From an uncultured Bacteroidales bacterium (GTDB lineage: Bacteria; Bacteroidota; Bacteroidia; Bacteroidales; PWNQ01), in contig CAYZDA010000008.1 in assembly GCA_964477095.1 (NCBI GenBank), positions 276 to 64,275 on the forward strand: a stretch of DNA of 64,000 nucleotides, written 5' to 3'. This document shows positions 11,501 through 18,352 of the stretch, piece after piece. Below the pieces are notes generated by a model. It saw only the letters and a program-made list of their open reading frames with translations. It had not been told where the DNA came from and did not search any database. Positions within the stretch are counted from its first letter, which is position 1. Each line of letters begins with the position of its first letter. The position numbers and the translations under genes were made by a program.

Positions 11501-12736
11501 GGATATGTTCAATATCGCAATACCACCGGTCATTGGAGTATACTGGGAAGTATTAATGATACTACGGCCGTGAACTGGTATAATGAAACGCTCGGCGGGG
11601 CAGGCGGATTTTCAGGCAACAGTGGCGGCTGGATACGTTCCGCGATCTGTATCGATACCGCCCATATCAGTAATATGGCGGGAATCACGCAGTTTCGTTT
11701 TGTATTCACCTCGGATGGCACCGGGAATAACGGTGATGGCTGGGCGATTGATGACTTTATGCTTAAGGTGCCGATGTCGCAGTACGATGCGGGGATTCGC
11801 TCAATAGTTAATCCGGTGGATAGTACCGTGACGGGTGGTGATATCAGCGTAAGCGTAGAGATACGTAATTATGGTACAGATACATTAACGAGCATTCCTG
11901 TTTCCTATCAGGCAGGTACGCAGTCTTCCGTAAGCGAGACGTGGACGGGCAGTCTGGGTACTTATGATGTGGATACCTTTACCTTCAGTCAGACCTATAC
12001 GGCACCCGGTTCCGCCTATGAGTTGTGTGCTTATACGGAACTGAACCAGGACGGTGATCTGACCAACGATACGAGCTGCGCCTTTATTATGAGTAAAAAG
12101 CCGGCCCTGGATGCCGGGGCTGTGGATATCATCCCCATTGTTGAGTATCTGGGTAATGATACCACCTTTGTGGATACTACCTATGGTGATAGACCGGCCA
12201 AAGTGAAGCTGTTGCTTACCAATTACGGTAGCGATGAGCTAACGAGCATGGATGTTGAGTACCAGGTTGGCTCGAATGCACCGGTTAGCGAGACGTGGAG
12301 CGGTAGCCTGCAAAGCGGGGATACAGTTGCTTATATCTTTAACCAGACGTTTACATCAGCTTATGGAACGTATAATATGTGCGGGCGTACGCAGCTTACC
12401 GGCGATGCCGATGCGTCCAATGATGAGGTGTGTGACGGCTGGCGAGGGATAGTAGGGATAGAATCGCATGAGCTTCCGGGCTTTATTCTGTACCAGAACC
12501 GTCCGAATCCGGCTATGGAGCTTACGGAGATCGATTTTGAAGTACCCTATGGGGGCATAGCATCCTTCATGGTTGTGGACTTGTTCGGCCGCGAACTGGA
12601 AAGCCGCGAGCTAATAGTTACCGCCGGATATCATAGTCTTAGCCTGGATGTGAGTCATTGGTCTCCGGGTGTCTACTACTATAGCATCACCTTTGATGGT
12701 TATCGCTTAGTACGCAAAATGGTGATCAACAAATAA
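2570..12736 (+). CDS. Giant T9SS-secreted surface protein/adhesin: 4 glycine-rich ALK/LTK-like modules, FN3, CARDB-like Ig and MAM-like domains, T9SS type A CTD
   Basis: Signal peptide. Four modules FTxAGATG..QQWxVP..GxYxIxAxGAxGG..Gly-rich..HGxVIIxP. FN3 motifs (GLSPLTAYDVYV). MAM-like TTSSSxTGP..YLYYEAS. C-terminal LYQNRPNPA...PGVYYYSI...KMVINK. Confidence 0.9.
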   Translation: MKKLLLSLAMLMIAGFLSAQSPVVFHENFELPSGADSVSHYSSSSNNTWGISTSLSSGGVQSDSAKCSPNDTLIVTSNTFSTTGNSFVILEFDHICKIEVFDKGVVEVSTDGGLTWTQLDSTHYKGNSTTFGSNGNIFNVSAYGGAWSSGIVVTPDNSWWKHEVFDISSIAGDKSSVEVRFSLIDENGMTMFENGGWFLDNLQVKAAFSELDPPVITMLSPIPQDTIIDALGQEVRAEITDNTGVDSAWVVYSVNGVFADSVGMQNVSGNTYEGTIPFQGYGKTVSYFVGAVDAAAAANTASGSAYSYVVMRTFAFTNAGATGSSGPTQSDLDAEYAGTNLSGLVTSVNGYQQWMVPQTGQYRITAYGAEGGGVDSSHRGQGGRSEGLVQLNAGDILYIGVGQAGQYGHNASSAPAGGFNGGGDGGSSGQTEHGSSGGGASDVRINDTTLASRVIVAGGGGGGTGDGVESWRRGGGGGGGGGYYGGGGGHGGNESPYDPGKGGTQSAGGQGGGTYSGNTDGGFGYGGNGGNCDPSYTSSFSSNINQYGGDGGGLTGQDGQDGGSSSRADGGGGGSSYTGGLSSYPLTNANTQSGVRDGHGLVIIEPQFPITSAENDAGVVSVDEPDIYCPGSNDVIVTISNFGSNQINGVDVEWTVNGVSQTPVSYSGTLDTVGGSGSVNDTVNLGSYTFTNAPYDIVAWTSNPNGVADTVNMNDTVYATVQSSLPAPGGLTVLDTTGTTAVIDWTGGSPANSWIYVVVPQGDPVNTGIPVHVTTEGDTVTGLSPLTAYDVYVAELCPGGTDTSAWAGPVSFSTTFYCPPQAYCFTNAGATGTHGPGQSDVNLEYAGTSLDGQVTIVGNGIQQWTVPSSGIYQIEVLGAQGGGPAGGLGAKVKGDFQLNSGEVLNVLVGQKGEVGGSRQLTGSGGGGSFVVDNNDNPLIIAGGGGGGADITRSERHGTTNNIANDGRCPVGGDSDNCDYNGSGGATDETYSPGGVFTIDGGTSGRRGGGGGGFNSDGEQGQSSSSENPGVAYLNGGEGGQGGDADGGFGGGGGARESGYDGGGGGGGYSGGGGATDRDNNSEHVGGGGGSFNSGMNQENFIGVGNGHGIVIIKPLSSGAANDMGVTSLDAPGVFCPGTEDVIVTITNFGFNQVDSVDVHWEINGVAQPTYSHTSTIDTMGGSGSSSAQLTLGSYTFTNAPYQFKAWTENPNGQSDTVNVNDTVTAMIQSNLPAPGGITVVDTLPNSVTFTWTPGSSLNSWIYTVVPKGSPPSSGTIDSTSNDTVTVTGLNTVTQYDIYVAEVCPGGADTSGWGGPVSFKTSFGLSCTTGTSDVIFTENWDGGQGNWAGDFGTSSGEWQFETGTTSSSSTGPNGPHDGFQYLYYEASGAGSPGSATIVSPSIDLSAGNDQAVLSFWMHGYGDDMGGCSLTIGVGTSPGGPFTTEYDTTFSSQIQSSESDPYVREFVNLSAYLGQVIYLEITYTVTGSYHADLALDLFEMYTCISCASPMNLSASNVTSSSVDLSWSDPGTGSSWEIEYGMPGYTPGTGTSIITSSPHTVTGLSPLTEYDFYVRSICGAGDTSIWEGPVTEKTPFQCPPNGFCFNNAGSTGASGPVQSDLDVEYTGTNLSGLVTSVNGYQQWMVPQTGQYRITAYGAEGGGVDSSHRGQGGRSEGLVQLNAGDILYIGVGQAGQYGHNASSAPAGGFNGGGDGGSSGQTEHGSSGGGASDVRINDTTLASRVIVAGGGGGGTGDGVESWRRGGGGGGGGGYYGGGGGHGGNESPYDPGKGGTQSAGGQGGGTYSGNTDGGFGYGGNGGNCDPSYTSSFSSNINQYGGDGGGLTGQDGQDGGSSSRADGGGGGSSYTGGLSSYPLTNANTQSGVRDGHGLVIIEPQFPITSAENDAGVVSVDEPDIYCPGSNDVIVTISNFGSNQINGVDVEWTVNGVSQTPVSYSGTLDTVGGSGSVNDTVNLGSYTFTNAPYDIVAWTSNPNGVADTVNMNDTVYATVQSSLPAPGGLTVLDTTGTTAVIDWTGGSPANSWIYVVVPQGDPVNTGIPVHVTTEGDTVTGLSPLTAYDVYVAELCPGGTDTSAWAGPVSFSTTFYCPPNSYCFTHAGATGRQGPTQSQVDGAYSMTSLDGKVTVTSTGIQQWTVPSGGIYRIKATGARGGNATSGPAPGLGASVSGDFVLNTGEQVQILIGQKGQDRDNSAGGGGGTFVTRYPHNTEASILLIAGGGGASSEDFAGIDASGDSCATYDAQSGPPKCNGEGGISFSGNSGGAGGGFLTDGEDGGIGDGGEAYISGGRGGTTNSQQEGGFGGGGGQDGSGTYAGSGGGGYSGGNGGNRNSSVGTGRMGGGGGGSFNSGINQVNQGGVNDDHGLVIIEPLSSGAGNDMGITSLDEPVIFCPGTQDVIVTLTNFGNTLVNTVDVVWEINGVAQPTYTHTSTIDTMGGSGSSTVQVTLGSYAFTNASYQFKAWTSDPNGQPDTVNTNDTLQAVIKSNLPAPANLTMDSVAPYWASFSWSGGSSQHSWVYVIVPQGQSPGSGTYVSSTTENATDSSLNHITDYDLYVAEVCPGGTDTSSWAGPLSFSTPFGGVNCPGAMVDTLLTENWDGGQGNWTGDIGTSSGEWQFETGTTGSSSTGPDGPHNGSQYIYFEASGGGSPGSATMVSPAIDLTLASGEALLSFWMHGYGDDIPGATLTISAGTNPGGPFTQVYSRTFSDQLQSSESDPYVQDFANLNAFMGQTIYLEFHYDNPNSSYNSDLALDMLEVMACGTPLIPEDAGVIAMPLPEFYNTNPNQQFRAVVRNYGTNTIHSVDIDYSYANVSDTYTHTATIAPNATDTVDMPIVSLPNGNTELCAYTNLPGDSNLINDGMCKPVFREVTTAPPYTDNFDVSDYFMADTASDRSTMWEKGSPAGFNITGAHSGSDAWMTDLTADYANSVTGDILTTPKFAITQAPDGVDSLVFWHYYDTEQGDGGYVQYRNTTGHWSILGSINDTTAVNWYNETLGGAGGFSGNSGGWIRSAICIDTAHISNMAGITQFRFVFTSDGTGNNGDGWAIDDFMLKVPMSQYDAGIRSIVNPVDSTVTGGDISVSVEIRNYGTDTLTSIPVSYQAGTQSSVSETWTGSLGTYDVDTFTFSQTYTAPGSAYELCAYTELNQDGDLTNDTSCAFIMSKKPALDAGAVDIIPIVEYLGNDTTFVDTTYGDRPAKVKLLLTNYGSDELTSMDVEYQVGSNAPVSETWSGSLQSGDTVAYIFNQTFTSAYGTYNMCGRTQLTGDADASNDEVCDGWRGIVGIESHELPGFILYQNRPNPAMELTEIDFEVPYGGIASFMVVDLFGRELESRELIVTAGYHSLSLDVSHWSPGVYYYSITFDGYRLVRKMVINK
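3579..5028 (+). repeat. Internal direct repeat, copy 1 (1450 bp)
   Basis: Matches 7437-8886 (offset 3858) with no mismatch seen on reading. Shadow ORFs in the track recur identically at +3858. Confidence 0.9.
7437..8886 (+). repeat. Internal direct repeat, copy 2 (1450 bp)
   Basis: Same sequence as 3579-5028. Identity breaks at ..aatat(g/a)cggg on the left and tgtccgcc(t/g) on the right. Confidence 0.9.
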
Positions 12737-12759
12737 GTTTTCCCGGACATACCGGAAAA

Positions 12760-12804
12760 CAAACAAAAAACCGCCGGACAATTTATCCGGCGGTTTTTTG
12801 TTTG
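12760..12804 (+). terminator. Rho-independent terminator (possibly bidirectional)
   Basis: CAAACAAAAAACCGCCGGA-7 nt-TCCGGCGGTTTTTTGTTTG. Confidence 0.9.
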
Positions 12805-12896
12805 CCGCTGATACATTCAGATTCCTGAAGCCTGAATCAGGAACGTAAGCCGCGTTGACGGAAATAGAGCATATTCCGTTTTTTTATGGCCTCTGG

Positions 12897-13013
12897 GTGT
12901 TTTTATGGCAATAGTATTTGAACCGGACAAGAATTTCTTCTATCTTTACAAAACCAACCCGGTCAACCAATAAAACACATAACCGGCAGTTTTTTTAGAC
13001 GGACTGATGTTGT
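12897..13013 (+). repeat. Copy 2 of promoter + conserved-site element
   Basis: GTGTTTTTATGGCAA..TATTTG..TTTCTTCTATCTTTA..GTCAACCA, then ~20 extra nt, then TTTTTTAGACGGACTGatGTTGTG. Lies 30 nt upstream of the SanA-family gene. Confidence 0.8.
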
Positions 13014-13043
13014 GGAGAATTCAAAAAACGGCACTGTAAATAA

Positions 13044-13685
13044 ATGAGATACGTTAAAAGGATACTGAAAATAGGAGTTTTAACCGGGATTCTTTCTTTG
13101 ATTGGAATTTTTGGAGCAGATAGACTTGTTGAAAAATCAGCCTCTGATAAAGTTTTCAATTCTGCTATAGAAATACCGCATAACAAAGTTGGTCTATTTT
13201 TAGGGACAGGAAAAATTTTGTCAAATGGACGGATTAATCTGTACTATAAATATCGGATTGAAGCTGCCGTTAAATTATTTAAAGCTGGAAAGGTTGATTT
13301 TATCCTTGTCAGCGGAGACAACTCAACAAAAGATTATGATGAACCATCAACAATAAAAAAGGATTTGATTATAAGGGGGATTCCTTCAGACAAAATATAT
13401 CTTGATTACGCAGGATTCCGGACCCTGGATTCAGTTGTCCGTTGCAAAGAGATTTTTGGGCAGAACAGTATTACTGTAATTTCTCAACAATTTCATAATG
13501 AGAGAGCGATTTATATCGCTGAACAGAAAGATATTAACGCGATTGGATTTAACGCCAAAGACGTTAATGTGCATTATGGACTGAAAACCCGCTTAAGGGA
13601 AAGGCTTGCAAGGGTAAAAATGGTTCTCGACCTGATATTTGGTAAAAAGCCGAAATTCTTAGGACAAAAAATTGAAATAAAATAA
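13044..13685 (+). CDS. sanA: SanA/YdcF (ElyC, DUF218) family protein
   Basis: N-terminal TM. Motifs ILVSGDN, YLDYAGFRTLDSV, ISQQFHNERAIY, RERLARVK. Confidence 0.9.
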   Translation: MRYVKRILKIGVLTGILSLIGIFGADRLVEKSASDKVFNSAIEIPHNKVGLFLGTGKILSNGRINLYYKYRIEAAVKLFKAGKVDFILVSGDNSTKDYDEPSTIKKDLIIRGIPSDKIYLDYAGFRTLDSVVRCKEIFGQNSITVISQQFHNERAIYIAEQKDINAIGFNAKDVNVHYGLKTRLRERLARVKMVLDLIFGKKPKFLGQKIEIK

Positions 13686-13959
13686 GTTTCTGGTTACAAT
13701 CCGCTGTTGTCCGGTAAAAAATAGGAAAAGCAGGACCCGGAGTACATCCCACTCCCGGTAATTTTGGTTTACCACAACTAAAATTACTTCTATGCATACA
13801 ATAATGCTTTTTTTTGAGAACCTCCTGCTGCACAGATCAAAAAAAATACGTTGGTAAACCACCTTTACGCTATCTTCAATACAGCTGTATGCTGTGGTGA
13901 ACAGGCTCGCGCAGGCTTGATGATGCTCCCATAATGGCCATAATCTTTGAGCTTGGTTA

Positions 13960-14025
13960 TGCAACAAAACCGTAAAAAAGGCACAACCTGCTCCGGTTTG
14001 AGAGGGACACTTTGATCCGATTTAG
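13960..14025. mobile_element. Possible isolated IS21-family-like end remnant
   Basis: Starts TGCA and carries ~23-nt periodic imperfect repeats (CCGTAAAAAAGGCACAACCTGCT / CCGGTTTGAGAGGGACACTTTGAT / CCGATTT). No transposase nearby. Confidence 0.3.
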
Positions 14026-14245
14026 CCAGAATTAAACCAGATTTACGTTAAAAAACCTTAAAAAGCGTTGGTATAGTTATTTTGAACAATATGTTTGACA
14101 ATTGGTTGTTGTTAGTACATGGATAATATTGTGAAAGTAGAAAATTCTTCAATATTTGTTTTTTCTAATGACGATTACGTTCCTAAAGATTCAACAACAA
14201 AATAACCTGAATCATAAATTGTTAAATATAAAAATTTATTTTATT

Positions 14246-14686
14246 ATGCCTACATTAAAAAGAATTACAAGTTTAATTATGTTGTTCAGTTTTATCAGTT
14301 TGAGTGCTTTTGCTCAATCGGGAGAAGAGGTAACTGATCAGGAAATAAAGCAGTTTGCCGCCGCATTCCAGAAAGTACAAGAAGTTGATCAACAAACTCA
14401 ACAAAAAATGATTAAAGCCATTCAGGATGAAGGAATAGATGTTCAGCGCTTCAATGAAATCCAACAGGCACAACAGGACCCTAATCAGGAAGTTGATGCT
14501 ACCAGTGAGGAGATGAATAAGTATGAATCCGTTTCAAAAGAACTTGAGCAAATACAAGGGCAAGCTCAGCAAAAGATGCAGGAGATAATTACAGAAGAGG
14601 GTTTAACAATTCAACGTTATCAAGAGGTAGCGGCAGCCATACAGGCTAGTCAGGAATTGCAGCAAAAATTACAGGAACACATGTAA
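14246..14686 (+). CDS. DUF4168 domain-containing secreted protein
   Basis: Signal peptide. Two Gln-rich repeats (VTDQEIKQFA..I.DEGIDVQRFNEI; I.EEGLTIQRYQEV). Confidence 0.8.
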   Translation: MPTLKRITSLIMLFSFISLSAFAQSGEEVTDQEIKQFAAAFQKVQEVDQQTQQKMIKAIQDEGIDVQRFNEIQQAQQDPNQEVDATSEEMNKYESVSKELEQIQGQAQQKMQEIITEEGLTIQRYQEVAAAIQASQELQQKLQEHM

Positions 14687-14983
14687 TGACAGAATTTTGT
14701 GCTACTGAATTGGCGTGACGACAGGCAATTTCCTATGTCTTTACGCCAGTTCAGTAAGCATATGGTTTTATTTGATCTTCATATTGAAAATTTTATCTAA
14801 TCTGGATTTTCCGGCAAATCAGAAAACCAAAATTATTAAGTCCGGGGTGATAAAAGATGTGCGGTTTTGTTATACTTATGATGAAACCTTAGGTGGTCAT
14901 CCGGATAAAGTAATACCTGTGTTATTTTTAATTATTGAGTTAAGCCGGTATATTACCTGATCCTGACTTCCGGCCACTGGACC

Positions 14984-15889
14984 TCAGCGGGGCTTGGTTT
15001 CCCGCTCCATAATCATCAGCTTTTCCTCCAGTGGTAATGTGCCATCTATCCAGTGGATATTGAATCCCTGCCGTTCCATCCGGCGAAACCAGGTGCTTTG
15101 TCGCTTTGCAAATTGATGAATAGCTGTATTCAGTCCGGCATACATTTCATCATAGCTGATCTCACCCTGAATATATCGTGTGAGGTAGCGGTATTCCAGC
15201 CCGTAAAACTTCAGTGCATCAGGACTCACTCCCTTGTCCATCAGGCTTTCCACTTCTTCAATCATTCCGTTTTGTAATCGTTCGGCAAGCCGCAGGCTAA
15301 TCCTCTCGCGGATCACTTTCCTGTCGAAATGCACACCAAATATTATCGTGCTGATCTTTGGGAAGTCCGTGGCTTTTTCATTATGCCGGTGATAGTAATC
15401 CTGTATTTCAATGGCACGCAATAAGCGATCGCGTTCCTCTGTATCGGTGATATTATGTGGTGTGGTGTAGCTGTGCAGTATATTCTGCAGTTCTTCCTTT
15501 GATTTTTCCCGAAGTTCATAACGCAGCTGCTCATTTTCCGGCACTTGCAAAAGCCGGTATCCTTTCAGCACCGCTTCTATATACAATCCTGTACCGCCGC
15601 AAAGCACCGGCAGTTTTCCGCGTGAAATAATATCCTTCCATGCATTCAAAAAATCCTGCTGGTAGCGGAATACGTTATATTCCTCGCCCGGCAGGGCAAT
15701 ATCAATAAGATGGCAGGGGACTTTTTGGCCGTCAATTACATATTCCGACAGGTCCTTGCCGGTTCCGATGTCCATACCTTTATACACCTGTCGCGAATCG
15801 GCGCTGATAACTTCGCCCTTGTTACGCAATGCAAAGTGGGTGGCCAGGGTTGTTTTTCCCGTGGCTGTTGGGCCGATAATGGCTATCAT
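14984..15889 (-). CDS. miaA: tRNA dimethylallyltransferase (MiaA)
   Basis: GPTATGKT P-loop, ISADSRQVYKGMDIGTGK, GGTGLYI, FAKRQSTWFR. Confidence 0.93.
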   Translation of the reverse strand: MIAIIGPTATGKTTLATHFALRNKGEVISADSRQVYKGMDIGTGKDLSEYVIDGQKVPCHLIDIALPGEEYNVFRYQQDFLNAWKDIISRGKLPVLCGGTGLYIEAVLKGYRLLQVPENEQLRYELREKSKEELQNILHSYTTPHNITDTEERDRLLRAIEIQDYYHRHNEKATDFPKISTIIFGVHFDRKVIRERISLRLAERLQNGMIEEVESLMDKGVSPDALKFYGLEYRYLTRYIQGEISYDEMYAGLNTAIHQFAKRQSTWFRRMERQGFNIHWIDGTLPLEEKLMIMERETKPR

Positions 15890-17115
15890 AGGCTGGTTTC
15901 CGGCTTTAATTCCTGAAAATGTATTTCTTTTTCAAATAGTCTCATGCGGATTTCTCCAAGTACTGATGTGGAAACCCTGCTGAGGATTGAATGTTCATGC
16001 AGGCAGTGGGTTGCCAGGCTGCCTACGTTGATTCCCAGCTGGTCAAGATTTTCCAGGAGTATGTTGTTTTCCATATATGGCAGCTTTTTTTGTTCTGATT
16101 TCAGGAACTGCAATATTCTCAAGCCATCCACTTTCTGATGACAGGCTTTGATGAATTGCTGTCGCGTGGAAGCATTTTGGCGTAGTTTTTTCCAGAGGCC
16201 CGTTTTGTCTGCCTGAAGCGTTTCATCCATGGGCGTACTTATATCCTGATTCCACAGTAGTGGAAAACTGTCAGTGGTTTCCTTCACCTGATCAAACAAG
16301 CGGAATGTGTAAACAGGATATGACTCCCAGTTGCCTTTATCTCCTTTGATCATGGCCGGTCCGGTGCCAAAAAACACGCGGCTGGAGAATCTGGCTGCGG
16401 GATAAACCACTTCATTATTGTGCAGGTATAGCTTACCACTCTTCAGTAACTTCTGAAGGAAATAAAAGTCTTCACCGCTTTTTTTAGCTGTCAAACCGCC
16501 GGCAAAGCGGTAGCTCTTCACGCTGGTGGCAATAGCCGAACCCAGAGCAGTGAAGCAATAGGGTGAACCGATCCTGAAAAGATTCAGAACATAGTTTCGC
16601 ATGTAAATCTCGTAACGCAGCATTGCCCTGTCAACCGCTTCATTACCCGTTAGCCGGTGAAAATACGGATTGGACAGTCCTTTGATATCCGGGTGATTAG
16701 TGAATATCCCGTTTACTGAAGCCAGGTAATTACTGCCAAACAAGGTGTCTGCATCCATGCTGAGAATAATATCCTCAGCATTTCCCTGCTCAGCAATATA
16801 GTCCATTAGATATTTGCGGGCTGCTCCCACGCTGCCTTTACCGTCCTTCCAGCCTTTATCCAAACTGCTTTTATCCAGTATATGTAAGGGAATGTCCTCT
16901 TGCTTTTGCAGATATTCCAGTGTCAGACGGTTGTTGTCAAAAATATCTTTTTCTTCACTTTTATCCGATGAAGAAAATTCATCCGGCTGATTCACGCAGA
17001 CCACAATTTCGTAGTTCTGATAATCCTGATCACGCACAGCATCAATGGTTGCAGGCAGCCATTCTGCTTCATTCAAGGCCGGAATGGCTATCCATATTTT
17101 CTGCTGCTTTTTCAT
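15886..17115 (-). CDS. Glycosyltransferase family 2 (GT-A) protein
   Basis: IAIPALNE, MDAD (DxD), GEDFYFL. ATGA overlap with miaA. Confidence 0.8.
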   Translation of the reverse strand: MKKQQKIWIAIPALNEAEWLPATIDAVRDQDYQNYEIVVCVNQPDEFSSSDKSEEKDIFDNNRLTLEYLQKQEDIPLHILDKSSLDKGWKDGKGSVGAARKYLMDYIAEQGNAEDIILSMDADTLFGSNYLASVNGIFTNHPDIKGLSNPYFHRLTGNEAVDRAMLRYEIYMRNYVLNLFRIGSPYCFTALGSAIATSVKSYRFAGGLTAKKSGEDFYFLQKLLKSGKLYLHNNEVVYPAARFSSRVFFGTGPAMIKGDKGNWESYPVYTFRLFDQVKETTDSFPLLWNQDISTPMDETLQADKTGLWKKLRQNASTRQQFIKACHQKVDGLRILQFLKSEQKKLPYMENNILLENLDQLGINVGSLATHCLHEHSILSRVSTSVLGEIRMRLFEKEIHFQELKPETSL

Positions 17116-17136
17116 GTAATGGTCCGGTTCATCAGA

Positions 17137-17170
17137 AATAAAAAAGACGCGGACAAATAAATCCGCGCCT
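17137..17170 (-). terminator. Rho-independent terminator
   Basis: Minus strand AGGCGCGGA..TCCGCGTCTTTTTT downstream of the DHOD-like gene. Confidence 0.7.
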
Positions 17171-17190
17171 GGTGGATTGAGTGGTGAGCA

Positions 17191-18180
17191 TTATTCAATG
17201 CCTGAAAAGTGTTTCATAAATTGCACGCGCTCATAAGCGGCAGGATTCTTAAGCTCCTTCTGGCTCATCTTTCCTCTGAAATCCTCAATGTTTTCATAGC
17301 CGTGCCTGTCCATCCATTCTTGAATTTCGTTCAGCATTTCCCCGATCTTGTCAAGGCCTTCCTTGTAGATAACGGATGCAATTTGCGTGGCTTTGGCACC
17401 AGCCAGCAATTGTTTAACCACTGCTTTGCCATCATGTATGCCGGTGGAGGCGCAGAGGTCGCAATGTACCAGATCCGACATCATAGCTATCCAGCGTAAT
17501 GAAATGGTTACTTCTTCAGGCGTGCTGAAAACAAAAGAGGAGGTGACCTTCATCTTTTCGATATCGATATCAGGAGAAAAAAAGCGGTTGAACAGCACCA
17601 GCCCTTCTACGCCGGTCCAGGAAAGTTCGCGGAACGTATTGGCAGCGCCTGAAAAGTAGTAGCTGATTTTAAGCGCTACGGGTATTTTCACTGTTTTCTT
17701 TACTTTTTCGGCTATCTCGAAATATACCTTCTCGTTACTGCGTCCGTCAGTAGCCGGGTCGGAGGGGAGGATAAAAATGTTAAGCTCCAGGGCATCAGCA
17801 CCGGCTTCCTCAAATTTTTTGGCGTAGGAAATCCATTCACGTGCCGAAATGCAGTTTACGCTGGCAATAACAGGAATATCCACTGCTGCTTTGGCTTCTT
17901 TGATCAGCTTCAGGTAGTTGCCCACGTTGAAGTCGCGGGAATATCCCTTCAGGTAGTCAGCAGCTTCCTGATAATGGAACCCTTTTGTCTGTTGTTCGTC
18001 CACAGTCATTTCCGCTTCATATTCTATCTGTTCTTCAAACAGTGACTTCAGTACCACTGCCCCGGCACCTTTTTGCTCAATTTCCCTGATCTTTTCTACT
18101 GTGCTGGTGAGTCCTGAACTACCTATGATTATTGGGTTTTTCAACTCCAGCCCCAGGTATTTTGTTTTCAGATTGGCCAT
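17191..18180 (-). CDS. Dihydroorotate dehydrogenase-like protein
   Basis: YLGLELKNP, GAVVLKSLFEEQI, DALELN, LFNRF, AYER.QF. Lacks the catalytic SCPN motif. Confidence 0.88.
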   Translation of the reverse strand: MANLKTKYLGLELKNPIIIGSSGLTSTVEKIREIEQKGAGAVVLKSLFEEQIEYEAEMTVDEQQTKGFHYQEAADYLKGYSRDFNVGNYLKLIKEAKAAVDIPVIASVNCISAREWISYAKKFEEAGADALELNIFILPSDPATDGRSNEKVYFEIAEKVKKTVKIPVALKISYYFSGAANTFRELSWTGVEGLVLFNRFFSPDIDIEKMKVTSSFVFSTPEEVTISLRWIAMMSDLVHCDLCASTGIHDGKAVVKQLLAGAKATQIASVIYKEGLDKIGEMLNEIQEWMDRHGYENIEDFRGKMSQKELKNPAAYERVQFMKHFSGIE

Positions 18181-18352
18181 TTCGATTATATTTTTCTTTT
18201 TTGATTTCCGGATTTCAATAGCGACAACAAATTTAAGGATTGATTTTAAATATCCTAATGTTTGGCCTGTTGTTTATATCTTTTCAAAATAAAGAAGCTA
18301 TGATGCCTGTGATAATCATTTAAGATGGCAGTACGAGATGAAAGTACCGGCT

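Noticed and set aside
3590-12452. Many alternative-frame ORFs inside the giant gene (His/Arg-rich, Ala/Val-rich)
   Set aside because: They are shadows of GGN/GGC-rich codons and recur exactly with the duplication.
13564-13967. Minus-strand ORFs overlapping the sanA 3' end
   Set aside because: Non-ATG starts, no recognisable motifs, and overlap with a real gene.
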